Shown: piece after piece, positions 36,117 through 46,272 of the stretch
How positions within the stretch are numbered: the first letter of the stretch is position 1
How the letters are laid out: every line of letters starts with the position of its first letter
Virus record (IMG/VR): IMGVR_UViG_3300028840_000680
Coordinates: 1-53,570 of that record
Strand: one strand, 5' to 3'
DNA from: a virus
Lineage: Duplodnaviria > Caudoviricetes
DNA length: 53,570 bases
The notes under the pieces: generated by a model
Database searches by the model: none
Seen by the model: only the letters and a program-made list of their open reading frames with translations
What the model was told of the DNA's origin: nothing
Translations under genes and position numbers: made by a program

Positions 36117-37061
36117 TTATTCTCTGTAAAAACCATCTTTAATGCTTTGTGGGATATCTCCGACTATGGTTCTTTCTCTGCCGAGTTTGATATCAACAGC
36201 GTTTTCACGCTTTACAATCTTTGGTCTTTCTTGGTTTTCGCCCTCACCAATAAGGTAACCAAGAGTTTCAATATTGATATTGGTTTCGTAGTTTCTTTGC
36301 TCCATACCAAGATTGGCTTGATTGGAGTTATTGGAAAACCCGCCATCGATAAAGATTTCGTAATAGTGCCCCTCAGCCTCAATACGCTTTGGAGTTCTTG
36401 AGTTCCCAGGAATTGTAATGAACGGACGAATAAGCTCATTCATTTGCTGCTGATACTCTGTTCTAATGGTAATCTCATACATTACTTTAACCCAAGTAGG
36501 GATTGGGATAGTTATTGTTTCATACACTGTCTTTGCGGTTGACATGTTTCTTTTGTTTGTGTTTAGCATTTTGCTGGAAACATCTTTATTCGCACCGTAT
36601 TTTCTATTTGCCTGTGCATTCTGAAACTCTGCTGTCTTCTTTTGATTTATTTGTCTCGCAACAGTAATAGTGCCACCCTTCTCGTCATTAACAGGGTATA
36701 GGTTCGCGAACACAGTGCCTCGATAGTTTTGTTCTTTAGTTACGTTAGATCTGTTAACTGTAATCAAAGGAAGGATTAGAGTTTCTTCTTTATCTCGCAG
36801 ATCTTTGTTGTGTTTTATCTGAAAGGCTCGCTCGGCTGTAACCCACAGAACTGGAACTTTCTTAAAACCATTATTTGTTGTGGCAAAAAGGTTAAGTTCT
36901 TCATCAATAAAACGAAGCATAGCTTTATCTATCGTCTCTAAAGACGAAGGCATAAACTCTATCTCTTGAAGTTTAGCAGCAACTTCTTTGTCGCCAACAT
37001 AATCAAAACGTTGCGATCTCTTATCTTTTATTTGTCTCTCAGTTCTTTTGCTGCGTGACAT
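36117..37061 (-). CDS. Tail terminator/sheath stabiliser (gp15-like)
   Basis: Lies between neck and sheath; LPLITVNR and YEITIRTEYQQQMNE pattern. Confidence 0.55.
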   Translation of the reverse strand: MSRSKRTERQIKDKRSQRFDYVGDKEVAAKLQEIEFMPSSLETIDKAMLRFIDEELNLFATTNNGFKKVPVLWVTAERAFQIKHNKDLRDKEETLILPLITVNRSNVTKEQNYRGTVFANLYPVNDEKGGTITVARQINQKKTAEFQNAQANRKYGANKDVSSKMLNTNKRNMSTAKTVYETITIPIPTWVKVMYEITIRTEYQQQMNELIRPFITIPGNSRTPKRIEAEGHYYEIFIDGGFSNNSNQANLGMEQRNYETNINIETLGYLIGEGENQERPKIVKRENAVDIKLGRERTIVGDIPQSIKDGFYRE

Positions 37062-37065
37062 TTAT

Positions 37066-38334
37066 TTATCCTACGTAAATGCCGGCTGGGATGTTCTCAA
37101 GAACCTTCCTACCAGAGTCTTGCATTGAAGAATCAACAGTAGCCAACTTATCATAAGTAGTTTCCTCAAGAATAGTTTTAAGTTCCTCTCTCAATTGATC
37201 CATCTCAGTTCTGGCTTGAGATAATAGATCCGATGCGTTAAGAGTTACAGACTCTCCAGGGATAGGAACAGAAGAGAACTTGCCTCTTACTTGTCCCAGA
37301 ATCTCTTTTGTTAGTGCCAAAGCAAATCTACGAATCCATTGCTTACCTATGGCATTAATGTTTTCATATGGAATGTTCTCAAATGGAAGGGTATTCATGT
37401 TATTGACACCCTTAGCGCCGTTATCTACTCCGGGCTGGTTGTCCCAAGGATCATATTGGTTGTTAATTGTAAACTGAACCCAGAACTTTTCTGGCGAAGT
37501 TGAATCAGGTATTGGGAAAATCCTTAACTTGTTGTCGTGAATCTCATAAGAGTAGTGTGAGACTCTTGTCCAAAGCGCATCTTCATAAGCCATTGCTTGA
37601 AGTTTGTTCTGCCAAGTTGGGACAATCTCAAATGTAGAATCATCAGCATACTGGCCATAAGTTCTTAAGTTACCGACAACAGAGAAACCACCGTAGTAAC
37701 CATAGAATCTCCACATTGCTCGTGGTGTCTTGAAGAATACTTTTCTAATGGTTACTCTTTTGTCTCCGACCTGTTGGTAGAAAGGAACAGACGAACTATT
37801 GGCAGAAGAAGCTGAAATGATTGTTTGTAAGTTATAATCTTGCTGACCTGTTACTCTATCAACTGATGCTGAATATATTGGCGTCGTGCCACCAAAACCT
37901 GCTTCGGTTGCGAGACCTTCTGAGATTCTACGAACATAACCATAATCAAATCTTGGATAACGCAAAGCAATGTTAGATCCTGATAAAGAACTGCCTGATA
38001 CTATTTGTCCATCTGAATCGAAAGAGCCTGTGCTAGCACCAAGGTAGGAAGAAAGTGAGTTCTTTGTTTGGAATAGATTAACCAAATAAGAGTATTCTAA
38101 AACTGCTTCTTCATAAGCAGCGTATACATTTCCTTCTGCCAACTCAATATCTAAAACATCGCCACCCAACTTCTTGTAAGTATAAGCAACTTGGTCAGCT
38201 GCACCAGATAAAAACGCTGTTGAGCCTGCGTAGATGCCGAAAGGTAATGTTGTTGCGACACTGCCTGCTGCTCCCGTAACCGGAAGTATATTTGCATTTG
38301 AAGTTGATGCTGGGTTTAAATTTGGAATTGCCAT
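37066..38334 (-). CDS. Neck protein (gp13-like)
   Basis: KLGGDVLDIEL, WIRRFALALTKEILGQVRGKF..PIPG.VTLN. Confidence 0.78.
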   Translation of the reverse strand: MAIPNLNPASTSNANILPVTGAAGSVATTLPFGIYAGSTAFLSGAADQVAYTYKKLGGDVLDIELAEGNVYAAYEEAVLEYSYLVNLFQTKNSLSSYLGASTGSFDSDGQIVSGSSLSGSNIALRYPRFDYGYVRRISEGLATEAGFGGTTPIYSASVDRVTGQQDYNLQTIISASSANSSSVPFYQQVGDKRVTIRKVFFKTPRAMWRFYGYYGGFSVVGNLRTYGQYADDSTFEIVPTWQNKLQAMAYEDALWTRVSHYSYEIHDNKLRIFPIPDSTSPEKFWVQFTINNQYDPWDNQPGVDNGAKGVNNMNTLPFENIPYENINAIGKQWIRRFALALTKEILGQVRGKFSSVPIPGESVTLNASDLLSQARTEMDQLREELKTILEETTYDKLATVDSSMQDSGRKVLENIPAGIYVG

Positions 38335-38367
38335 AGAAGAATCCTCGTTTTGCTCTATTAATAAATA

Positions 38368-38399
38368 GAAAGCCCCACCTCAAAAGAGGCAGGGCTTTC
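38368..38399 (-). terminator. Intrinsic terminator after major capsid gene
   Basis: 14-bp stem GAAAGCCCTGCCTC/GAGGTGGGGCTTTC with TTTT loop, followed by TATTTATT. Confidence 0.7.
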
Positions 38400-38426
38400 A
38401 TTATTTTGACCTTAAGTCAGGTAGTG

Positions 38427-40178
38427 TTAGCCTACGAGACCTCGGCAGACAACCAAGCCGTACATGTCTGGACGGACCATCTTCTTGGCGTAACGGGTCA
38501 TGACACCCTTACGAGGTACGAAGTCCTCTACACCGAAGATTGTTGGTGTGGTCTGTAGTGGTACGTAAGGTGCGTACACATAACCGCTCTCAAGGAAGCT
38601 GGAGCCACGTCGACCAACGAGGATCAACTGACGTGGGAAGTATGGGTCAACCATAACATCAAACTTCTTGGAGAGGGAACCAACGCGAACAGCACCGATA
38701 TCACCACGGTCAGCATCGGCTGTAACGTTTGCACGGAAGCCAGCTGTGAACTCAAGGATGTTGGCAACTTCTGGTCCGCAGACGACGAAGTTGGCAGCAC
38801 CGCGAAGAGTCTTACGGTGGATCTGAGCGGAGACGTCGTTGATTGTCTCAACGAGTGTCTCGTACCACTCGGATACGTTACCAGTGAAGTCAGCTACACC
38901 AGAAGCCAAAACAGCACCTGTCTCTCGGTTTAGGAACTCACCTGGGTTACGGGACCAGTAACGAACACCAGCTGTAGCACCACGTACAAGATCCTCAAGG
39001 ATCTCGCGATCGATCTCAAGAGCAATCTGCTCAGAGAGGATCTGTGTAAGCTCAACCTCGGCGTCAAGGTTGTGGTAAGCGTTGAGGTCTTGACCCAACT
39101 CTGGTGTCCACTTAGCCTTGAGCTTCTTGGTTACAGCTGTGACTGCTACGGAATCGACCTTGATGTCGATCTCTGGGATATCCTCAGAGCCCTCTAGACC
39201 CCAGTCAGCCTGACCAAGGACGGAACCGAGAGCACCACCGGGATCGAAGTTGTCTTCCATAGCGAATGTGATAGCAGTACCACCGCCAGAACCACTTGCG
39301 AGTGAAGCGGAAAGGGCGCCGGCTGATGCAGCTGCATCGTAAGAAACGAGTGTTAGCAAGATTGTATCACCATCATCAGCAACGATGTCATCAAAACGAG
39401 TTAGACGACGAACCAAGTTTTCATTAGCAGAACCTGTGTAAGTAATAGTAATGAAGTTGTTAGGGTTCAATTCAGAACCAGCGGCTGTATCAACAGCAGC
39501 CTTGCTGATTGTACCAACAGCGAATGAAGAGCCAGATGGAAGATCTGGATCGAACTCCAGCAAACGGTCAACGTTGTAGCCAGCGGTTGGGAATGAACCG
39601 TTGCCAACAACAGAACCTGTACCAACTATACCGAAAGCAACAATTGTAGGCTTTAGGCTTACGGAACCTGTTGGAGAGGAGTAGCCGTTGTTGAGTGCGT
39701 AAGGACCACGCTCGGCGTTGTCCTGCGCGAGGTCAACACCACCTGTGATCTCGGAACCAACTCGTCCACCACCGTAGAGTGATGTGTTTGTCTGGTAACC
39801 AAGACGTGGGTTATCAGCTGTCTGATCATCACCAATCTCCTGAGAGAAGGTGAAGTCAAGGAAGAAAATGAGACCTGATGGAAGGCTCATTGGCTGAACG
39901 CTTACGAGATCGTTAGCGATCAAGGAACCGAATACACGGCGTACAAGTGGGAATGCAACAGCGGCAAAGCCCTCTACGTCACCAGCAGCCATGCTGGAAG
40001 ACTCACGGAGAAGCTCCTTTGCCTGATTCTCAAGCAAACGGGCCATACCGTTTCTCTGTGTATCATCAGAGATGCCCTCAAGAAGACCGGTCTGCTCCCA
40101 CTTGTTGATAAGTGCGGCACCCTCGGCTGAGAGATCACGATTGACGATACCCTCTGTCAATCTTTGTACAATAGACAT
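38427..40178 (-). CDS. Major capsid protein (T4 gp23-like)
   Basis: LVSVQPMSLPSGLIF, KLKAKWTPELGQDL.AYH.LDAEVEL, YAPYVPL, TRYA. Confidence 0.96.
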   Translation of the reverse strand: MSIVQRLTEGIVNRDLSAEGAALINKWEQTGLLEGISDDTQRNGMARLLENQAKELLRESSSMAAGDVEGFAAVAFPLVRRVFGSLIANDLVSVQPMSLPSGLIFFLDFTFSQEIGDDQTADNPRLGYQTNTSLYGGGRVGSEITGGVDLAQDNAERGPYALNNGYSSPTGSVSLKPTIVAFGIVGTGSVVGNGSFPTAGYNVDRLLEFDPDLPSGSSFAVGTISKAAVDTAAGSELNPNNFITITYTGSANENLVRRLTRFDDIVADDGDTILLTLVSYDAAASAGALSASLASGSGGGTAITFAMEDNFDPGGALGSVLGQADWGLEGSEDIPEIDIKVDSVAVTAVTKKLKAKWTPELGQDLNAYHNLDAEVELTQILSEQIALEIDREILEDLVRGATAGVRYWSRNPGEFLNRETGAVLASGVADFTGNVSEWYETLVETINDVSAQIHRKTLRGAANFVVCGPEVANILEFTAGFRANVTADADRGDIGAVRVGSLSKKFDVMVDPYFPRQLILVGRRGSSFLESGYVYAPYVPLQTTPTIFGVEDFVPRKGVMTRYAKKMVRPDMYGLVVCRGLVG

Positions 40179-40205
40179 TTTTATATACCTCCTGAATGTT
40201 ATTGT

Positions 40206-41255
40206 TTATTTATTCAAACCTGCTAAACGCAGCATACGACCCATTGCTGGATCCTTAGTTGCCTCGTTGTTTCTCTTAGAATTGATCAAAAGCGACGTAG
40301 GTCTTTGAACCGCTTCACGTAGTGTTTGTGGACGTTTTCTCTGATCAGGAGTGTTCCCCACTGCGTTTTGAATTGTTTCAAAAATCATACTTGCTTCTTC
40401 AACAGAATTGGCAGATTGAACAGCTTCGACAATTTGTGCTTTTTGTCGCTCATTCAAGGAGGCGCTATTCAAAGCCTTGTTTTGATAAACAAGCTTGGCG
40501 TTATCAAGATTCAACTTTGTAAGTTGATCCTTGGCTTCAACAATGAGAGCACGAAGCTCTCTGTTAGATTCTGTAAGTTCGGAGATCTTTGCTTCATGAA
40601 GTTCTACTGGCACAACATCTGGTGCGGTATCTTCTTCAATCTCCTCTTCCTCTTCTTCCTCAAGGTGTGCTTTCTTAGCAGCTGCAATAGCATCATTATT
40701 TGCTTGCATCACGCTATTGTAAGCACCACCGAGTGAAGAGAAACCTGCTGGTGATGTATCCATATCAACAACAAGCTCTTCTACTAGTTCTTTAATAAAG
40801 TCTTCGGACAAGTTGAGATCATCGTCTTCTTCTGGGGGCTCGACTGGCTCTGCACCTAGTTCAGCAGTATCTTCCTCGGCAGAAGCTTCAAGCTCTGGGG
40901 CCATCTCGCCACCAACCATATCGTCAGCCATCTTTAGAGCATCGTTAAGGTCTTCTTCCTCAACAACTTCATCTTCCTTTTCTAAACGAGCCTTGAGAGC
41001 ATCAAAATCGATCTCAACGATCTCATCATCTTCTGGAGCGTCTAACTCTTCGTTCTGAAATGCGTAAGGAACTTCGTTTGTAAACTCGGATAGTGTATCG
41101 TCTTCGGCTGCGGGCTCTTCTTGTTCTAGCAAAGTATCTAAGGCTTTCTTAACTTCACCAGAATACTTTTCCAATACAACGTTTTCAGCATTCTTCAATG
41201 CTGCTTCCTTAAGGGCTTTGGCGTCCACGATCGCCTCTTCTAATAGTGAAGACAT
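40206..41255 (-). CDS. Prohead core/scaffold protein
   Basis: Acidic coiled-coil protein directly upstream of MCP; ends RMLRLAGLNK. Start moved to MSSLLEE. Confidence 0.75.
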   Translation of the reverse strand: MSSLLEEAIVDAKALKEAALKNAENVVLEKYSGEVKKALDTLLEQEEPAAEDDTLSEFTNEVPYAFQNEELDAPEDDEIVEIDFDALKARLEKEDEVVEEEDLNDALKMADDMVGGEMAPELEASAEEDTAELGAEPVEPPEEDDDLNLSEDFIKELVEELVVDMDTSPAGFSSLGGAYNSVMQANNDAIAAAKKAHLEEEEEEEIEEDTAPDVVPVELHEAKISELTESNRELRALIVEAKDQLTKLNLDNAKLVYQNKALNSASLNERQKAQIVEAVQSANSVEEASMIFETIQNAVGNTPDQRKRPQTLREAVQRPTSLLINSKRNNEATKDPAMGRMLRLAGLNK

Positions 41256-41382
41256 AAAAATTAACTCCAAACACGATAGCTCGTCAAAAATAAATAGTGT
41301 TTTATTTTTCTAAATGACGAAAACTGTTTTATTTAAGAAGCGTAAAGTTAAGGTACTCGTTTGTACAGTATGAAAAGTTTAA

Positions 41383-42132
41383 TTATGGAGTAGCCGTGTA
41401 CTCAAAGCCATTGAGAATAACTTTATAAAGCCTGTGAGTCTCCTCAGTTGCGGAGCCAGCATAAAATGATATTGCGATTCGGACGGCACCGCCGGCGGCG
41501 TCCCAGAGCTCGTCGGTGTCGGTCCAACTTGGCGTTGCGGCTGTGCCGCCTTCACGGAACGAAACTGTCTGGCTCACACGCTTAATACCAATCCATCTTG
41601 CTGTGGTTCTGGCTAAATTTGAAGTTCCGTTGTGTATAAGTGCGCGGGAGGCGAAGGCGCCCATTCCATAGTATTTGGCGTTCGCCGTGGACCATCTTCC
41701 GTACCTATGACCTAGCCAGTGCGCTTCATTAACCGCGTTGCCGCCGCCTGCCATTATAGCGATCTCTGTATATAAATTCGCAACACTTCCTGGGTTATCG
41801 GTGTATATGGCAAAATCAAAATCCCCCATAAGAAGATTGGGGTATTGAATTTTCCCATTAGTTAAAAATCCGTTCCCGTTGGTCGGCGCGAAGGTTCCAC
41901 CGGTCCCCTGATCAAATTTAATATTGCATGTGGAGCCATCATCTGTTATGGCGTTAAAAACCCCATTTGGATCTTTAACTTCCCACCCACTTAACATCCC
42001 AGCATCTAATGTAGCACCATCTGCAATGCTAGATGGAGTTCCAGCTGAGGGGGACAAGGTCTGTGCAACAGTTGTGACATTGCTCCCGCCTGCCTGTAAC
42101 TTCCATACACCATTTTCTAATACTAATGCCAT
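41383..42132 (-). CDS. Virion accessory protein with MALVLENGVWKLQA leader
   Basis: Beta-rich 249 aa; shares its first 14 aa with the neighbour. Confidence 0.65.
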   Translation of the reverse strand: MALVLENGVWKLQAGGSNVTTVAQTLSPSAGTPSSIADGATLDAGMLSGWEVKDPNGVFNAITDDGSTCNIKFDQGTGGTFAPTNGNGFLTNGKIQYPNLLMGDFDFAIYTDNPGSVANLYTEIAIMAGGGNAVNEAHWLGHRYGRWSTANAKYYGMGAFASRALIHNGTSNLARTTARWIGIKRVSQTVSFREGGTAATPSWTDTDELWDAAGGAVRIAISFYAGSATEETHRLYKVILNGFEYTATP

Positions 42133-43039
42133 TTTATAATCTCTTATGTTGCCGAAACAATTGCCCAGCCGAGATCATTTCTACGGGCCCCCGGCTGTCT
42201 AGGACGGATCGAGCGTGTAGAAGCGCAGTCGCTTCAGAATCGGCGCGGTCGACCACTTCCCCGCCACCGCGATGCACAACGTCCGCGAGCTGGCCGCGAA
42301 CGCCTCCGGCGTGAACCAATCGGGGTCCTGTGCGCCCGTGGCGTTCAGCGACGGCGAAGGGCTGGCGTGAGTCGCGAGCGACGGCGCCGAGGGGGGGGTG
42401 CCGGTCCCGCCGAAAGCCTGCACGGCGACAGGCTCGATCAGCATGCCGATCCACGACGGCTGCATAAGCTCGGCGGCGGAGCCGAAATCGCCGGCGCTAG
42501 CCTGTGACCGAAAGCCGCGAACCCCCGCGCCGGACGCGGTCCCCACGAGCTGCGCGGAGCAGAACCGAGTCGCGGACGACCCCGAGCCGCCCGAGCCCGT
42601 ACCCGTGTCGGCCGCGAGATCCAGTTGCCGTGTGATCGTAGTCCCGGGATCCAGCGCGGCGGCGAACTCAAGCGTGACCCACATGGGCTTGGTGAGGTAC
42701 CACGCCCCGGCCGAGAACACCTCCGCGAGATCGACGTGAAGCCGACCCGTGTCGCGGTTGTCCGCCTCGTGCGTGGTACCGGTCTTGCTGTCCATCACCA
42801 CGCCGGTCGTGCCGTTCGGCCCGATTGTGTCCATGCGCGCGGTGTTGATGACGGCGACGTCGATGCCGTCGACGGTCTGCTTCCCGTCAGACCACGATGC
42901 AGAGGCGAGCGCCGCGAAGTTGAGGTCTGCGAGGAGCAGCGAGCGTGCGGTATCTGCCTGTAATTGCCAGACACCATTTTCTAATACTAATCCCATTCTA
43001 TAATCCTTTTATGTTGCCGAAACAATTGCCCAGCCGAGA
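42090..43039. repeat. ~85-bp direct repeats (42090-42174 / 42954-43039) flanking a high-GC cassette
   Basis: 31-bp perfect core TTATGTTGCCGAAACAATTGCCCAGCCGAGA (42144-42174, 43009-43039) plus similar gene-start sequence. Confidence 0.9.
42199..42996 (-). CDS. High-GC virion accessory protein with MGLVLENGVWQLQA leader
   Basis: 265 aa; the body is much more GC-rich than the genome while the leader is AT-rich. Confidence 0.65.
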   Translation of the reverse strand: MGLVLENGVWQLQADTARSLLLADLNFAALASASWSDGKQTVDGIDVAVINTARMDTIGPNGTTGVVMDSKTGTTHEADNRDTGRLHVDLAEVFSAGAWYLTKPMWVTLEFAAALDPGTTITRQLDLAADTGTGSGGSGSSATRFCSAQLVGTASGAGVRGFRSQASAGDFGSAAELMQPSWIGMLIEPVAVQAFGGTGTPPSAPSLATHASPSPSLNATGAQDPDWFTPEAFAASSRTLCIAVAGKWSTAPILKRLRFYTLDPS

Positions 43040-44562
43040 CCGTTTGTTGAAGACGAAATAGCCACCACAGTCATAGCTCCATAGTTTGTCGCTATCTTAG
43101 CAGCGGTACCGCCATCAATATTTTGTGAGCCAGATGGCTCAATAACAATATCGTTTGTACCAGCGTTTCCTCCGGAGTCTTTAATAATAAATGTAATACC
43201 ATAATCATCTGAAGAATTTACGCCAGGAAGTGTGCCGGTAACAACTGAACTGTTGGTGTCAACAAGAAAAACTTGTGCATCGCGAATATTAAAGTTGCTT
43301 GTCTGTTCTCCAGAGACACCTTGATAGAAATTGGTCTTGTTTATCCTAAATTCATTTTCAAATACATCAAGACGATTAACTCCATCAAATACATAGCTTA
43401 TTCCTTCGCCAATATTGATAGACCCATTGGTAGAAGATGTTACCATCACTCCAACAGATGCTGTAATTGTTGGAACTGCCAACACATCAGAAGTAAATGT
43501 GAATGGAGAGTAACTTGTGATTTGACCGTTAGTGGTTGATACCAATACTCTGTCTGCCGGCACACTAGACACAAAAGCGTCTTCTACGTACAAGCCTGAT
43601 CCCGAGATGTTCCCTGAGCCCGAGATATCGCCCCCTACCGTAAGAGTATGGTCTGGGTTTGTGTTGTTGATACCAACTCTATTGGCCGAGGCTGAAACAA
43701 AGATTGTGCTGTCTTGGATTGCTTGGTCTGTTTCGTTCCCGACAAATATATATCCTTTATCCAAGTTTGGTGTTGCGTTTGTTCTGCCGGCGCCACCGAC
43801 TTTGATTTGCGCATCGCCACCGCCGCCGTTGCGCATAACCTTACCCATGTTCTGTAGGAGATTACCCGAGCCAGTGGGGGCGACATTTGTTAGTTTACCC
43901 GCATTGCCGCCGGAACCGGTCTGAACATACAAAATATCACCAACCGCGAATGTTTGGTCATATAGGCTTGTTAAGTCCAGATTTTTGATAGACCCAAAAG
44001 TTACAATCTGAATATCATTGTTGTTCGCGGCAGTTTCTCCTGCTAGACCAAAAGCAGGCATCTTGCTAGCATCGTCACAGGCAGCCAAACCAACTGTTGG
44101 GGTCTGACCCGAAATACCGTTAATGTAAACTACCTGACCTCTAGTGATGCCGCCAACTTCATCTACTTGTGCCGGGAATCGAATGGCGCCTTGGAGGTCG
44201 CCGTAGAACTCATAATCTTCCTGAACGCGAACGTTACCAGTAACTAAAAGATCGTTCGAGCCCGTATTCCAAGTTAGATCAGCTGATCCACTTAGATCCC
44301 CAGATACAGGAGAGTCAAATCTAAACTGCAGAGAGAACTCTGGACCGTCAGCAACTTGAACTGCTGATGCTGTGACGCCAGTTAGGTTAGAGCCGTCGCC
44401 ATAAAAGGCAGATGCTGATATGTTTGCGGATGCTGATAAGTTTCCTGCACCGTCTGTAGTTAATAACGCAGATCCGCTAAAAGATCCGCTGCTGTTAAAC
44501 TGTATATCTCCATTTGCGCCTCCGGGGGTGCCACCGCTTCCCGGTCCAAATACCCATGACAT
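43009..44562 (-). CDS. Fiber/decoration-like structural protein
   Basis: PGG.NG.IQFN..G.F.GS repeats, SAS-rich segments, RVGINNTNPDHTLTV; ACTATTTA at 44585-44592. Confidence 0.6.
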   Translation of the reverse strand: MSWVFGPGSGGTPGGANGDIQFNSSGSFSGSALLTTDGAGNLSASANISASAFYGDGSNLTGVTASAVQVADGPEFSLQFRFDSPVSGDLSGSADLTWNTGSNDLLVTGNVRVQEDYEFYGDLQGAIRFPAQVDEVGGITRGQVVYINGISGQTPTVGLAACDDASKMPAFGLAGETAANNNDIQIVTFGSIKNLDLTSLYDQTFAVGDILYVQTGSGGNAGKLTNVAPTGSGNLLQNMGKVMRNGGGGDAQIKVGGAGRTNATPNLDKGYIFVGNETDQAIQDSTIFVSASANRVGINNTNPDHTLTVGGDISGSGNISGSGLYVEDAFVSSVPADRVLVSTTNGQITSYSPFTFTSDVLAVPTITASVGVMVTSSTNGSINIGEGISYVFDGVNRLDVFENEFRINKTNFYQGVSGEQTSNFNIRDAQVFLVDTNSSVVTGTLPGVNSSDDYGITFIIKDSGGNAGTNDIVIEPSGSQNIDGGTAAKIATNYGAMTVVAISSSTNGLGWAIVSAT

Positions 44563-44639
44563 ATTTAAATCTCTCCTGCTTTCATAAATAGTTGGTCAAA
44601 GTCAAAAACTCAAAGCAAGTCTGTCTGGGCTTAGATGAT

Positions 44640-45149
44640 TTATCTATCAACACTATCAATAACTCTAAAAGTTCCTTCTCGTGCTCTTACACATTCGGCG
44701 CTTATCTGAAACTTGTGTTCTACTTGACCAAAGTAATATCTTGTGTCGTTATACGTTTTTACAATCTCGTAAAACAAATCACCATACTGAACAAAATCAC
44801 CAGCACGAACAAAAAGATCTTGATCTTCTGTTAGGCGGCGGCGATGAAAATTAACTGTTAGTTTAGATTGGTATTCGTATCCATACTTTTGGTTTGTTTG
44901 CTCATTCTCTACAACAACGTAAGCAAACACACGAACAGGCGGAAGCGTAACTTTGTCTATTGCTTCTCCATATGTTTTATTAAAATTAGAGTGCTCAATG
45001 CTTATAGGATAATAAGCAACTGTTTGTCCAACAACTCTTTCAGCTAACTCATCATTAACTTGTTTTACAAGGTCACGCTCTTTTTGGCCAAAGAACATTG
45101 GCGGGGGTGGCGCATCAGGTTGCGTCCATTTGTTCTTTGGATCAGACAT
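44640..45149 (-). CDS. Neck/head-completion protein (gp14-like)
   Basis: GQTVAYY, YGEA, GDFVQYGDLFYEI pattern. Confidence 0.6.
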   Translation of the reverse strand: MSDPKNKWTQPDAPPPPMFFGQKERDLVKQVNDELAERVVGQTVAYYPISIEHSNFNKTYGEAIDKVTLPPVRVFAYVVVENEQTNQKYGYEYQSKLTVNFHRRRLTEDQDLFVRAGDFVQYGDLFYEIVKTYNDTRYYFGQVEHKFQISAECVRAREGTFRVIDSVDR

Positions 45150-45155
45150 GGGTTA

Positions 45156-45557
45156 TTACCCCACAAGAGCTGCTAGAGAGCCAGACCAGTTAGAGCCAGA
45201 AGGAGAGACGGCAATATTGTCAATTTTTTCATTTTGAATATGCGTCAATCCAGCCATGACTGAAACAGCACCAGAGGCTCCTGATAAATGCAGTTGTGTA
45301 GCCTTAATGTCAAATTTTGGGGTTACCACGGCACCTTGAATTGTAAACTTGTTTGCATTTAGAACGCCGTTTAACGAGAAGCCCACATGGCATACAGCAT
45401 TATCGGCAACACTAATAGAAATCCAACTTGTTACAGAAGGAAACGTAAGGGAAACATTACCACTTGACAAGTCGAGCGCCCCTGTGACATATGGAACTCC
45501 TGATACTTGAAATGAGGCTGCGTTCCCGAGCCCTGGTGTGTAATTATACGTTGACAT
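45156..45557 (-). CDS. Small virion protein (hypothetical)
   Basis: Beta-rich 133 aa; GGAG RBS; ACTATTTA at 45575-45582. Confidence 0.65.
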   Translation of the reverse strand: MSTYNYTPGLGNAASFQVSGVPYVTGALDLSSGNVSLTFPSVTSWISISVADNAVCHVGFSLNGVLNANKFTIQGAVVTPKFDIKATQLHLSGASGAVSVMAGLTHIQNEKIDNIAVSPSGSNWSGSLAALVG

Positions 45558-45596
45558 TTATGATTCTCCGTTATTAAATAGTAAAGTAAAACAAGA

Positions 45597-45818
45597 TTAC
45601 CTAAACAAATTATCTTGTTCTTTTCGCATTTGTTTCTGCTGTTCGCGAATTGCTTTCTGTTTTTTCAATCTTTTTGTGATAGACGGCTTGATATAGTAAT
45701 CAGTTTTTTCTCTATACTCTTGGACAATCTTTTGCTTTTTGCATTTGCGGTTAAAACGACGAATTAGTTTCTCATCTGACTCGCCGCGTCTCTTGACTAC
45801 CTTAAGGTTAACAGCCAT
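45597..45818 (-). CDS. rpsU: Ribosomal protein bS21
   Basis: V..RRGESDEKLIRRFNRKCKKQKIVQEYREKTDYYIKPS...K matches the S21 pattern; 73 aa, basic. Confidence 0.85.
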   Translation of the reverse strand: MAVNLKVVKRRGESDEKLIRRFNRKCKKQKIVQEYREKTDYYIKPSITKRLKKQKAIREQQKQMRKEQDNLFR

Positions 45819-45822
45819 TTTG

Positions 45823-46272
45823 TTACTCTCTTTCTTTCATTTCGTTCATATGAGCGTTCCAGTTTCTGCCTACTGCTCCGAAGAGACTAGAGATATCTAC
45901 GCCTGGATCACTTGGGCTTTGTCCGGACATTGGAGAAGCCTGTGCAGATGGAGACGCTTGTGCTGGTGCTGGAGTTGTTCCTTCAAACAAATCAACACCG
46001 TTGTAAGCTGAACCGCCAATAGCAGCCATAAGCTTTTTCTTATGCTCTTTTAGTTTACCGGACTGTTCTTTGTTGAAAGCATTTGCTTTCATTCTTTCCA
46101 TAACAGGATCTACTTTTGGTTGTGGCGCCTTTGTCTCAACAATAGTTTGCGAAGACATGCCCTTGACAACCTCGGCAATAATGCCGGAAATCAAACCATC
46201 TTCAAGAAGTGACTCTTTAATACACTCTTGAACAATAGGTTTGATTAGTTTTTTGAATTCTGACTTTTTCAT
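45823..46272 (-). CDS. Hypothetical head-associated protein
   Basis: Start MKKSEFKKLIKPIVQECIKESL overlapping the upstream stop. Confidence 0.7.
   Translation of the reverse strand: MKKSEFKKLIKPIVQECIKESLLEDGLISGIIAEVVKGMSSQTIVETKAPQPKVDPVMERMKANAFNKEQSGKLKEHKKKLMAAIGGSAYNGVDLFEGTTPAPAQASPSAQASPMSGQSPSDPGVDISSLFGAVGRNWNAHMNEMKERE

Noticed and set aside
42134-42454. 106-aa ORF overlapping the high-GC cassette
   Set aside because: Alternative frame of GC-rich sequence overlapping the better-supported 265-aa gene.
42090-43039. Diversity-generating retroelement TR/VR pair or CRISPR repeats
   Set aside because: Only two copies, mismatches not adenine-specific, no reverse transcriptase or cas gene in the window, and the spacer is gene-sized.
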